From an uncultured virus (IMG/VR IMGVR_UViG_3300010342_000399) (taxonomy: Duplodnaviria > Heunggongvirae > Uroviricota > Caudoviricetes): a DNA stretch of 64,000 nucleotides. This document shows, in pieces, positions 12,101 through 21,038 of the stretch (positions within the stretch are counted from its first letter, which is position 1; each line of letters opens with the position of its first letter). Both the position numbers and the translations under genes were made by a program. The notes beneath the pieces are model-generated. The model was not told the DNA's origin. It ran no database searches and saw only the letters and a list, made by a program, of their open reading frames with translations. Where the stretch lies: the IMG/VR virus record IMGVR_UViG_3300010342_000399. One strand, written 5' to 3'.

Positions 12101-15100
12101 ATTTCAATATTACCATTATAAGATTGACCTGTATATTGATAGTTCAAATAATGAACAGGTGTACATCTATAATAAAAATTCTTATCTAAAATATTAAAAA
12201 ATATAAGTTCTTTTGGAAATTTAGATCCTCTTTGATTTAAATCATAATTATCTTCTGTATCCCATCTAATTCTTTTATCAAATTTAAAGAAATATAATAT
12301 ACCGTGCAACCAGTTATCAATAAATGAATAATTTACAATGCCACCGCAAAATGAAATTCCAATTCGTTTTCTTCTATACCATTCTTGTAATGCTTTTAAA
12401 CTATATGATTTACCATTTATAACTGGTATAATTGTAAATAACCCATCACGAAATTCAGATAATCCCGATTTTGTTTTCCTATCATAACGTTTTAAACCAA
12501 TTCCACGTCTAAATAATCCCCTGCGGTAAAAATCCACTTCACGTGGCATTCTCTTAGTTGATCCGCTACCAATAGTTGAACACATTAAATATGGATGTGT
12601 TGCTCTTCTTTCATTTATTTCGAGTTCAGCAAAATTTGGATCATCTATATATTCACCTATCTGCGGATCAAGTGGTGTTCTTCTATTATAATCAAATGAT
12701 GGTGTTCTTGACCAAATATAAGATCTTGTTATACTCTCATTATATAATTTATCATATTTTTCACATCCTGTTTCAATTACAGGAAGTTCACTTGTTGAAT
12801 CCGATTCGTCATTAATATATGTATCATATAACCTCATAACAACCATTTTATTTGGATTTGCTTCATCATATATTAATGATAATTCTTCAGGAACTCTTAA
12901 ATTTACGCCAGTTAATTCTAACCATAAATTAAAACTGATAAACATTTCATATCTTGTGCCATTGCGTTGAAAATAAAAACTATAATCCGGCACATCTTGT
13001 ATAAATTGTGTGAAAGAATCAAAACCTTGCGTAGTACCAGAAAAAAATACCTCAGCAACAAATCTTGGCGTACCATTAGGTAATATATTAGTAGGTAGAT
13101 GTAAGGTATCAAGTGTATTATACGAAATTGGTGGCACATCTTCACAATTATCATCACTTTCTCTTGCTGATTCACCAGGATACATAAAATTTAATAATGA
13201 TGATCCCGGTGCCGTTGAATATGTATAATTACCAGAAAAAAGACCGCCACCGCCAGATTCACTATCGTCAATCCAAAGACGTACATACATGGGTCCAATA
13301 CCATATGGATCTATTACACCAATATGTAACGCAATTTCACAACATCTACAATAGTCATCAATATTTATTCCTGCAGTTGTATATGATTCATCATCTGATG
13401 TACATTCATCACAATCAGGATATATTGTTAATGGAAGTTCTTTAACAAATCTCTCTTGCAATCTATATGTAAAATCTTCAAATTTTTGTCCAATTCTTCG
13501 TAATATTTTAATACCTTGTAAATCACGTCCAATTTCAAATATTATATGGCCAATTATTTCAACACCTCTTATTAATACAACAGTAAAAATATATTGAAGA
13601 AATAATAACACATGTGATAATATAATATTAAATTTAACTCTATTTTTAAAAGCAAAATTCGTTGGAAAATAATTAGTACTTGATGCACAATCTGATTCAA
13701 TATTTGGTCTAATTTCTTTAATACCTAAAAATGAATCTCTAACTTGGGACAATTTTCTTGCAATTGCCCCACCCAACGGTCCTCCAGTAAGTATATTTCC
13801 AATAACACCTATTAATTTACTAGATGGTGATTCAACATGGGTTCCTTGAAATGACGATACAGTATAAACTTTACCATAAACGAATCTATAAAAATAATCT
13901 TGAGGTGATACGCCATTTAATATTAAATTCTTTTTATATTCTTTTGCGTCTTCGCCATAATATAATGAACTAAATTCAACTTGATCACTAGGTGGCGTTA
14001 TTCTAATATAATCTTCAAAAACATCCGAAAATTGATATGTAGTGAGCATTCCTTCACTATATTCAAGTCCGTAACGTAATGGTTGATCTGATGCACCACC
14101 ATATGATCCATATATATTCGGATTAAATTCTCTAAGATTAGGTACAAGATATTTTGCGGTGGCAATTTTATTTGACTGGAACTCTAAACTAAACCTAAAT
14201 CTAGCAATTGCACTAGTTGGTATTCCTTTATTATGTTCATTAGTTACTTCTTGTTCTCCTAGTTCATTTGTAAAAATATAATCTATATTCATAGGAAAAG
14301 CAATCATCGCCACTCCATCTTCATTAATAGTTTCATTTGGATTATAATATTCTAATTCGGGGTATTCTGTAACGCCATCAGAACCTAAAACTGATTTTCC
14401 TGTAAATCGAACACATTCAATTTTCCCTTCAGATGTTTGTAAATTACATTTATATCCACTATTTCTTCTAATTACGCCATTCTTTTTAATAGAATGACTA
14501 TTATCATCTGTTATAGAAGATAATAGAATAATAGCAACCGGTTCAATTTTAATATTTCTTTCAGATAAATCAAAATCTGTTCTTGTAATTCCAATTTCAC
14601 AAAGTTCTTCGTTTCCCCAAAATGGAAATACTTCTATTGTTTTATCAAATGATACTATTTGTGGCAATGAATCAATGTCACTACTTGACTTAAATTTAAA
14701 AAATGATTCAAATTGATCAACACCATATCCTTTATTAAGAAAATCGTTTGGTCTTAACGAATAACATCCTATATCAGACAAATCAATATCGATATGTATG
14801 GTTTGTTGACCAATTGGTACACCCCATATCATAAAATCGCCAGCATTGTTAGTTTTAACAGTATATGTATAATATTTTTCAAAAACTTCAAGAACTTCCT
14901 CTCTTGTTAAAATATCTTTCTGGTCAAAAAATGTTCCTGTTGGATTATGTCCACCATGCTGTTGTCTACTAGGTAAAAGGTTATATCTATAGTTATCTTC
15001 ATTTCTATCTGTAACAGTTTTATATGGATATAATGCATGAATGACCGGATCATCTTCATCAAGATCATCTTCGGGAATAAAAATTGAAACACGAGCATTG

Positions 15101-15291
15101 GGAATACCATATCCTTCATTAGCAGATATACGCCCAACCACCACGCCATATTCAGAACACCTTCCAGATGAAAATATATCCTTTTGAGTAAATTTTAATG
15201 AAAGGATTTCCATTAAATCCCAGCTCTGTTGTATTTCAACATTAATTTTTTGATCTCGCCCAATATTTGTATAAATCCTATGCTTCTGCAT
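9199..15291 (-). CDS. Large baseplate/tail-associated structural protein with an N-terminal carboxypeptidase-regulatory-like fold and a C-terminal beta-helix module
   Basis: 2030-aa ORF directly downstream of the baseplate wedge gene. N-terminal GVVVGRI...GIPNARVSIF...TNNAGDFMIWGVP motif, a PTVTP linker near 10800-10880, and C-terminal YNNTF/KNNIF/DYNIY beta-helix repeats. Confidence 0.65.
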   Translation of the reverse strand: MQKHRIYTNIGRDQKINVEIQQSWDLMEILSLKFTQKDIFSSGRCSEYGVVVGRISANEGYGIPNARVSIFIPEDDLDEDDPVIHALYPYKTVTDRNEDNYRYNLLPSRQQHGGHNPTGTFFDQKDILTREEVLEVFEKYYTYTVKTNNAGDFMIWGVPIGQQTIHIDIDLSDIGCYSLRPNDFLNKGYGVDQFESFFKFKSSSDIDSLPQIVSFDKTIEVFPFWGNEELCEIGITRTDFDLSERNIKIEPVAIILLSSITDDNSHSIKKNGVIRRNSGYKCNLQTSEGKIECVRFTGKSVLGSDGVTEYPELEYYNPNETINEDGVAMIAFPMNIDYIFTNELGEQEVTNEHNKGIPTSAIARFRFSLEFQSNKIATAKYLVPNLREFNPNIYGSYGGASDQPLRYGLEYSEGMLTTYQFSDVFEDYIRITPPSDQVEFSSLYYGEDAKEYKKNLILNGVSPQDYFYRFVYGKVYTVSSFQGTHVESPSSKLIGVIGNILTGGPLGGAIARKLSQVRDSFLGIKEIRPNIESDCASSTNYFPTNFAFKNRVKFNIILSHVLLFLQYIFTVVLIRGVEIIGHIIFEIGRDLQGIKILRRIGQKFEDFTYRLQERFVKELPLTIYPDCDECTSDDESYTTAGINIDDYCRCCEIALHIGVIDPYGIGPMYVRLWIDDSESGGGGLFSGNYTYSTAPGSSLLNFMYPGESARESDDNCEDVPPISYNTLDTLHLPTNILPNGTPRFVAEVFFSGTTQGFDSFTQFIQDVPDYSFYFQRNGTRYEMFISFNLWLELTGVNLRVPEELSLIYDEANPNKMVVMRLYDTYINDESDSTSELPVIETGCEKYDKLYNESITRSYIWSRTPSFDYNRRTPLDPQIGEYIDDPNFAELEINERRATHPYLMCSTIGSGSTKRMPREVDFYRRGLFRRGIGLKRYDRKTKSGLSEFRDGLFTIIPVINGKSYSLKALQEWYRRKRIGISFCGGIVNYSFIDNWLHGILYFFKFDKRIRWDTEDNYDLNQRGSKFPKELIFFNILDKNFYYRCTPVHYLNYQYTGQSYNGNIEILHPTTFYDLGIRDEFLGDICTDLRTDPSCSVVRDITNTSYQDPANIVEYAINYRLDTTNSKFQVDDFFSKSLLGTNTKVFDGDITQLISINCEVGIEAFDIDGPHYYMYNGELMDPEDEYFDDYFKFANLYGPTPIDLKLDNNGAYMRLCLNYRLGDYTQEVPFYLWEKEGFGFGRFGSRSDDQGWDKTKIVSMPLQRIFSVSGVTETKIFDPVYNRMGRTNYLMADGEEEYILKPMTMSHRTFSFNGDTEDSLERFDVITIEPYAPDDYPNATRFVEGDLWLQVIPDSRGTDDERVYFKDPWMGYIFVVVNKVWVRQPDLYVSSTMPEDERLALDYNVREAFVPQTLNNYWGELGNAKQVLSTPFLFYFGLKPGRTSLDLLIKYYGPKDIFNLGEDEECAVSDIRIPSVTVFPTVTPTILVTPTVTAPGPVTPTPENLYFYRLRKCIEGFSQTSRNYYGKSATGRHLYRGDGVWAGEECDINVAYEVLDETLNESELINAGCTNVGSVIYSIYGGCRDCDGLPIEPPLPLPVWTRVYLVRNDSDLANPATSTCGKHVNMAERREVGYIETDEVIPFPEQNGLGQYIVYKDQSWQQHFTPAGLQWGIQFDNSSPIVSHTVYIGMYQPGQITDWSTCVTVDDGYILQSQTYTNSSSSWGGVDITIYFNSDHPRISFLYNNITSQNTINYMLKAGYEENLQSNYSLDRLVILGNQFIWQGAGDSSVITHGVFVGHENNAIIKYNYLHHVPMGIIRKSFTNMLDTEGVISYNILNSFTVGGNVKGVSGTRWYNNTFYQDRLAGTGAGRTWRPVLYIYDNRDRESQGIISVARRTKVKNNIFYNRYREVPMIGFDQADNLTDFECDYNIYWCEDGDHTPIFRVGSTTYTWDRWRNELGYDQNSVVMNPTFNHMNNMTGFVPGSKAIIQRGVNLGAEFREGLQTTATWVVGSRPALRNQSGTWQIGARIFE

Positions 15292-15370
15292 TATCTAAGC
15301 TTAATTTATCTCTCATAACCCCATTTACGGTTTTATATCTATATACTTATTAAGATAAGTAAAAAGAATG

Positions 15371-17203
15371 TTAATATGTAGCTGAAGTAAGATTTTTTGT
15401 GCGAATTTTTATATCCGAATTTGGAAATCTTATTTGAAAAATCTGATTTGACTTCATATAAATTGTATTATCAGATTGTCTGATTTCTTTTGTAAAATCA
15501 TCCACATATGACTGTGCGACTTCCGAAGATGAGTAACTACCGCCTATTTTATTAAAAACTCGAATATCGACTACATTAATAACACCAATAACATTACCTA
15601 TCTCTCTACTCAAATCACCAACCAATAATGGTTCTCCCATTTTTCTTTTACTAATAGCGAAAAAATCTATAATTTTTTGAATAACAGATCTAACTACATC
15701 AACTTGATTATCGTTCTTATTAATTACTAAATCAACTTCCAAACCTAAATCGATAACTTCCCCACTTTGAATATCTATATAATCATTTAACATTCTATAA
15801 TTGGAAAGATAATTCAAAACATTATTTTTTAATGTATTCGAAACAGTATCTATTAATGCACCATTTTCATCATAAGATAAAAGTTTAATTTTAACTTTAT
15901 TATCTTCTTCCATTACATTAACTTTCGCTGGCGCGCCATATGCTGCCGGCATAGTTTCAATTATAGATTTATAATCATTAAGTGTTACAGCTCTGTTTTG
16001 GGCCGAAAAATTATATGCTATCATATTTCTAATTTCTTCAATCGTAGGTATATCTGCACCGCCAACAGCTGGAGTTACATTTGTTACTCGTATTGATTGT
16101 GATACTTGAGAATTTATACTTGAATTGGGTCCATTTACAACATATTCGTAAGCATCCATTGTTGATATAACATTTATACCAATATTTGAATCTTTGCCGC
16201 CACCAATACGATATTTAATAAATAATGTGGTATTTGTTTTAAGAATTTCACCTAAAGCTATATTATTCAAATACGATGTCAAATTAACTTGCATATTACC
16301 ATTCATGTAATTATCAATATTTTCCATCAGATTTATATTACCTGAACCAAATGTTAATGAAAAATAGCCTTCTGGTGTATATTCAGTTACAAATTTTTTA
16401 GTTACACTCACCCAATTTCCTGCTTTAAAATTATGACTATCTGATGCGGCTGTTGGATCCTCAATAAAAACTTTATCATCCATTAATGTTTTTACTTCAT
16501 ACCATTTATTAATCGTAGATCTAAATTCATCAGATGTTGGATTTGAACCATAACTAGTTCCTTCTTTATGTATAACTGACGTTACTCCTAAGACATTTCT
16601 TTCAGGTAAATAAATTTTCAAAAACGGTTTTTGATCTAATTCATTAATAACTTTTCTATATATTCTTGATACTCCACTAACTACGGGTTCTCTTTTCGTT
16701 ATAGTATATGATATTAATTTATTATTTGCATCAAAATTTGGTATTTTTAATCTATTTGAATCTCCTCTACTATTAAATGGACTAGAAAAATCAATATCTT
16801 CTACAGTTTCAAAAATTTGTCCGCCGCCCGATACTTGAGAACCCGCTCTTAATATACCTTCATATCTCTCATCATCTTTATCTCCCCTGACAGGAACATT
16901 TATACTAAAATCGCATAAAGCAACAGATGGCCTATATCCTGGTAATCTAAGTCCATATGTTTTTGCAATATGAAATAAAGACTGTCTCTGTTGAGCAAAA
17001 TCTAACATTGTTTCTTGCCATACTCTATCAATATGAAAATGTAAATTATCGGCAATAGCAGCATTTATATCCAGTAAAACCGAATAAATTGATGCGTCAT
17101 TAAAATTAGATATTAAATCTGGATAATATTGTTTAGTTAATTTTACCAGTTCTTCTCTTAAACTAGCAAAATCTCTTACTGCATATGAAATTTTTTTTGA
17201 CAT
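15371..17203 (-). CDS. Baseplate wedge subunit (T4 gp6 / baseplate J-like)
   Basis: Motifs DFASLREEL, AQQRQSLFHIAKTYG, YRIGGG, GGADxxTIEEIR and AQNRAVTLNDY. Adjacent to a gp25-like gene. Confidence 0.9.
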   Translation of the reverse strand: MSKKISYAVRDFASLREELVKLTKQYYPDLISNFNDASIYSVLLDINAAIADNLHFHIDRVWQETMLDFAQQRQSLFHIAKTYGLRLPGYRPSVALCDFSINVPVRGDKDDERYEGILRAGSQVSGGGQIFETVEDIDFSSPFNSRGDSNRLKIPNFDANNKLISYTITKREPVVSGVSRIYRKVINELDQKPFLKIYLPERNVLGVTSVIHKEGTSYGSNPTSDEFRSTINKWYEVKTLMDDKVFIEDPTAASDSHNFKAGNWVSVTKKFVTEYTPEGYFSLTFGSGNINLMENIDNYMNGNMQVNLTSYLNNIALGEILKTNTTLFIKYRIGGGKDSNIGINVISTMDAYEYVVNGPNSSINSQVSQSIRVTNVTPAVGGADIPTIEEIRNMIAYNFSAQNRAVTLNDYKSIIETMPAAYGAPAKVNVMEEDNKVKIKLLSYDENGALIDTVSNTLKNNVLNYLSNYRMLNDYIDIQSGEVIDLGLEVDLVINKNDNQVDVVRSVIQKIIDFFAISKRKMGEPLLVGDLSREIGNVIGVINVVDIRVFNKIGGSYSSSEVAQSYVDDFTKEIRQSDNTIYMKSNQIFQIRFPNSDIKIRTKNLTSATY

Positions 17204-17221
17204 ATATTTTATTTTTTTCCA

Positions 17222-17674
17222 TTATATGTTTATAATTACAAAATCTGAAGTTGAAAATGTTCCATTATTAACTGTATAGCTTAATTTAACTCGTGCTGTA
17301 TATGGTTTTGTTGTTCCATCACCAATTCTAAATAATCTTGAATCTTCTTCTTCACTAGGTGTTGGAGGAGTTTCAGGATCGTTTTCTGCCGACATTATTT
17401 CTATAGAATTTATATCCAAATTTGGAATATATTTTCTTACGCCTTCTCGTATTTCATCTTCTATATGATTATGTGAAACTGCATCATTCATTTCAAAAAT
17501 ATATTCATATAATCTAGTTCCAAAATCTGGTAAAAAATATCTACTACCCTTTCTACATAATAATAAATGTATAAGATCAGCTCTTACTTCTCTTTCGGGT
17601 GTTGCAGTCATTCTTAAATAATTTCCAATTGCACTATCCCTAAATGGATAATCTATACCATATGTTATACTCAT
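17222..17674 (-). CDS. Baseplate wedge / sheath initiator (GPW/gp25 family)
   Basis: LIHLLLCRKGSRYFLPDFGTRLYEYIFE matches the gp25 signature. Confidence 0.9.
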   Translation of the reverse strand: MSITYGIDYPFRDSAIGNYLRMTATPEREVRADLIHLLLCRKGSRYFLPDFGTRLYEYIFEMNDAVSHNHIEDEIREGVRKYIPNLDINSIEIMSAENDPETPPTPSEEEDSRLFRIGDGTTKPYTARVKLSYTVNNGTFSTSDFVIINI

Positions 17675-17711
17675 TTCTTATATAATAGATATATTGTATA
17701 AATATTATAGA

Positions 17712-17744
17712 ATAAAAAAATCGCAATAATTACTTATTGTGATT
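17712..17744 (-). terminator. Probable intrinsic terminator downstream of the nrdJ transcription unit
   Basis: On the minus strand, AATCACAATAA-gtaa-TTATTGCGATT (one mismatch) is followed by a T run. Confidence 0.5.
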
Positions 17745-17817
17745 CAATTTTATAAATGAAGTGCCGTAAAACCGTTCATAAAAATCTACAAAAAATATTT
17801 CGTTTTACAAAAATGTT

Positions 17818-17850
17818 CTTGTTTTTGTAAATAATTATATGTATATTTGC
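17818..17850 (+). promoter_or_regulatory. Bacteroidetes-type housekeeping promoter (-33/-7)
   Basis: TTG (17819-21), then 20 nt, then TATATTTG (17842-49), matching TAnnTTTG. It lies upstream of the 17899 ORF. Confidence 0.65.
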
Positions 17851-17898
17851 ACTGTAAAAATTGACAAATTATAAATAGGTAGTTCACACTTAGAAATC

Positions 17899-18153
17899 AT
17901 GAAATATTTTACTTGGCAAGAAGAAGAAGCGTGGAATGACGGTTATAACGACAGGAAACGTGGAAGAAGACGCGATTATTCTCGCGACTGGTATTCTGAT
18001 GAAGATGTTGACCAAGCATATCTTGACGGTTATCGCCAAGCCGATCGGGAAGAGCGTAGAAGACAAGAATGGGAGGAATTAGAACGATACGAGGAGGAAA
18101 GGGAGGAGCGAAGAAGGTATGTTCAGCAAAATGAACAAGAGGAATGTTTTTAA
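17899..18153 (+). CDS. Small highly charged protein, possibly Rmf/CrpP-like fold with an acidic/basic coiled tail
   Basis: ATG start and its own promoter. Pattern AWxxGYxxxxxG...Y...AYxxGYxxA. Confidence 0.6.
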   Translation: MKYFTWQEEEAWNDGYNDRKRGRRRDYSRDWYSDEDVDQAYLDGYRQADREERRRQEWEELERYEEEREERRRYVQQNEQEECF

Positions 18154-18162
18154 ACAAATGTT

Positions 18163-18372
18163 TTAGATTAATGTTATTATGCCTGTAATTATAAAATATA
18201 TTACCACCACTATAATTAATCCAATAGCCAATCTAATAGCCCCATCTTTAGCTATTTCTTTTACATTTGTAAATGGACTAAATTTATATATTGCACTATT
18301 TTTAACTATAATTGTATAAATATATACGCCAATACAGTATAGTAATAAAAAAATTAAAATATGAATTGCCAT
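18163..18372 (-). CDS. Small two-transmembrane-helix membrane protein
   Basis: 69 aa with two hydrophobic stretches, co-oriented with and downstream of nrdJ. Confidence 0.6.
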   Translation of the reverse strand: MAIHILIFLLLYCIGVYIYTIIVKNSAIYKFSPFTNVKEIAKDGAIRLAIGLIIVVVIYFIITGIITLI

Positions 18373-18437
18373 TTTATTATAATTTAATTAATATAATATA
18401 CTAAAAAAAAATTAAAAAACAAAATATTTATCAACAT

Positions 18438-21017
18438 TTAACCGCATTTAGAATTACCACAAGACATGCAAGTTAAGCACCCCTCTTTAAATTCTAAATG
18501 TTCACCACCACATTCAGGACATGTACCTTTACCTTTTTCACCGTCCTTAATGTATTTTTTAATAACACGAGCAACACCATTTTTCCATGTATTTATATGA
18601 TCTTCTCTAAAACTTAATGAATTAACTAAATGATACACATAAGTCAACGGCATGCGTTGTCTTAAAACACCCGACACAAGTTTAGCATAATTCCAAAATT
18701 CAGGATTAAATGCCTGATTTAAACCAGTATGAACTTGTCTATCACCATTACTATCCACATATTCAATATCATATCGTTTTTTTCGGACTTTTATAAGTTT
18801 ATTATTACTATCATATTCTTCTATTTCAAAAGTGTTTTTAACGACATCACATTCTTTAATTGAACTTGGTAAATATGCAAGCCCATTTTCAAGTTTACCT
18901 GTAAAAATTTCATAAGGTCTATTGTCTCGTAAACCCACAACGGCAATCCACTTTTCAAGATTATTCTGAAAACGATGCACATCAGCTTTCAATCTTTTAG
19001 GTCGTTTTGGCACATGTATTTCACCTTGCGTATTATCTTTCTTTTCTGCTGTTATTAAAACACCGCTTCGTGAACCGTCTCGATATACTGTACATCCTTT
19101 GCATCCACTTTCCCACGCTGTTTCATAAACTTTTGCAACCAATTCTTCTGTAATATCAGTTGGAAGATTAACGGTCACCGAAATCGAATGATCAACATGT
19201 TTCTGTATGCGACCCTGCATTTCAACTTTCTTAACCCAATCCACATCATTAGCGGTTGCTTTATAATATGGTGATGTCATAATAATTTTATTTAATTCTT
19301 CATCTGACATCGTTTTGATATGTTCTATATCATATCCATTTATTTCGAGCCAATTTTCAAACTTGTGATGAAAAACTAGATATTCAGTCCATGCCAGACC
19401 CTCATCGTCAACGAAATCAATACGAACATCCTTTTCTTGTGGATTAATTTTACGCCTACGTTTGTAGAAAACTTCAAATGCTGGCTCAATACCTGATGTT
19501 GTCTGAGTCATAATAGAAACACTGCCCGTTGGCGCAATGGTAAGAAGAGCAATATTTCTACGGCCATTTCTTTTCATTGCTTCGTATAAAGTCGAGTTCT
19601 TTTCTTTAATTCTTAAAATGAATGGATTATTTTCTTCACGTTTCCAATCATATATTGGGAAAGAACCGCGTTCTTTTGCCATTATCGTTGAAGATTCATA
19701 GGCACACATTTTTAGTGTTTCATGAACCATTTCACTAAACTTTGTTGCTTCTTCAGTACCATAAATTAAGTTTAACGCAGCCAACATATCACCTTCACCA
19801 GTAACACCCAGTCCCGTTCTTCGTCCCATTCGTGTTTTTTCTTTAATTCTTTCCCATAGGCGACGCTCACATATTTTAAGAAAATCATCTTCAGGGTCAG
19901 AATCTATTTTTTCCAATATTGCATCAATTTTTTCAAGCTCAAGATCTATGATATCATCCATATATCTTTGAGCTTTCATAACATCACTTTTAAATAAATC
20001 CCAATCAAAATATGCGTCTTCGACAAATGAATTGTTTTTATAAAACGGATTTACTACATATCCATATAGATTAAGTGCAAGCAATCTACAGCTATCATCG
20101 GCACAAAGAGGGATTTCACCGCACGGGTTGGTTGATATTGTCTCGAAACCCAAATCATCATAACAATCAGGTACACTTTCACGAATTATATGATCCCAAA
20201 ACAATATTCCTGGTTCTGCTGACTTCCATGCGTTGTGAATAATTTTTTTCCAAAGTTTTTGTGCATCAACTTCTTTTGTATATTTTGCTTCACCTTTTAT
20301 TGGAAATTGTTGTTTGTACATTTTTCCATTCATTGCCGATTCCATAAAATCGTCATGGAGTTTAACAGAAATATTTGCACCTGTTACTTTTCCTTGTGAT
20401 AATTTCGCATCAATAAAACTTTCAGAATCTGGATGTCGTATTGATATACTTTCCATTAATGCTCCTCGTCTTCCATCTTGAGCAACTTCTTTCGTAGTTG
20501 ACGAAAATCTTTCCATAAATGGAACAACTCCCGTTGATGTTATTGCACTATTTTTTACAGGGCTACCTGCTGGGCGAATAAATGATAAATCAACACCCAC
20601 TCCACCCCTACGTTTTTCCAGTTGGGCAATTTCTTGATCAAGTTTTAAAATTCCGCCATAACTGTCAGAGTCGCCTTCATTTCCGATTACAAAGCAATTA
20701 CTGAGTGATACAACTTGAAATTCATTACCAATGCCTGACATTGGAGATCCTTGTGGTACAATCCTATTAAATCCTTTTAATGTTTCATATATTTCTTCTT
20801 CCGTTAAAGGATTTGGATAATTTGATTCAATTCTAGCTAGTTCTTTAGCTATTCTACGATGCATATCATCTGGCGTTAATTCATAATAATCTTGATTATC
20901 CTTTAAACAATATTTTTTAATCCATACATCAGTTGCTAATTTATCATTATTAAAATAAGTTAATGTTGATTTATATACATCTTCTTTAGTATATTTTGTG
21001 TAATTTTCTGTTTCCAT
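18438..21017 (-). CDS. nrdJ: Class II (adenosylcobalamin-dependent) ribonucleotide reductase
   Basis: Motifs LSNCFV, RRGGVG, GRRGALM, TNPCGEIPL, TIAPTGS and VYRDGSR, plus a C-terminal CPECG...CxxCGNSKCG. No beta-subunit gene is nearby. Confidence 0.92.
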   Translation of the reverse strand: METENYTKYTKEDVYKSTLTYFNNDKLATDVWIKKYCLKDNQDYYELTPDDMHRRIAKELARIESNYPNPLTEEEIYETLKGFNRIVPQGSPMSGIGNEFQVVSLSNCFVIGNEGDSDSYGGILKLDQEIAQLEKRRGGVGVDLSFIRPAGSPVKNSAITSTGVVPFMERFSSTTKEVAQDGRRGALMESISIRHPDSESFIDAKLSQGKVTGANISVKLHDDFMESAMNGKMYKQQFPIKGEAKYTKEVDAQKLWKKIIHNAWKSAEPGILFWDHIIRESVPDCYDDLGFETISTNPCGEIPLCADDSCRLLALNLYGYVVNPFYKNNSFVEDAYFDWDLFKSDVMKAQRYMDDIIDLELEKIDAILEKIDSDPEDDFLKICERRLWERIKEKTRMGRRTGLGVTGEGDMLAALNLIYGTEEATKFSEMVHETLKMCAYESSTIMAKERGSFPIYDWKREENNPFILRIKEKNSTLYEAMKRNGRRNIALLTIAPTGSVSIMTQTTSGIEPAFEVFYKRRRKINPQEKDVRIDFVDDEGLAWTEYLVFHHKFENWLEINGYDIEHIKTMSDEELNKIIMTSPYYKATANDVDWVKKVEMQGRIQKHVDHSISVTVNLPTDITEELVAKVYETAWESGCKGCTVYRDGSRSGVLITAEKKDNTQGEIHVPKRPKRLKADVHRFQNNLEKWIAVVGLRDNRPYEIFTGKLENGLAYLPSSIKECDVVKNTFEIEEYDSNNKLIKVRKKRYDIEYVDSNGDRQVHTGLNQAFNPEFWNYAKLVSGVLRQRMPLTYVYHLVNSLSFREDHINTWKNGVARVIKKYIKDGEKGKGTCPECGGEHLEFKEGCLTCMSCGNSKCG

Positions 21018-21038
21018 ATATTATTTGTTTTAATAATA

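Noticed and set aside
1642..15149. Many short 60-85 aa ORFs overlapping the two giant genes
   Set aside because: They lie entirely within long coding genes on other frames or strands and show no recognisable features.
17909..18157. 82-aa minus-strand ORF
   Set aside because: It is antisense to the 17899 gene, which has a promoter and a more protein-like sequence.
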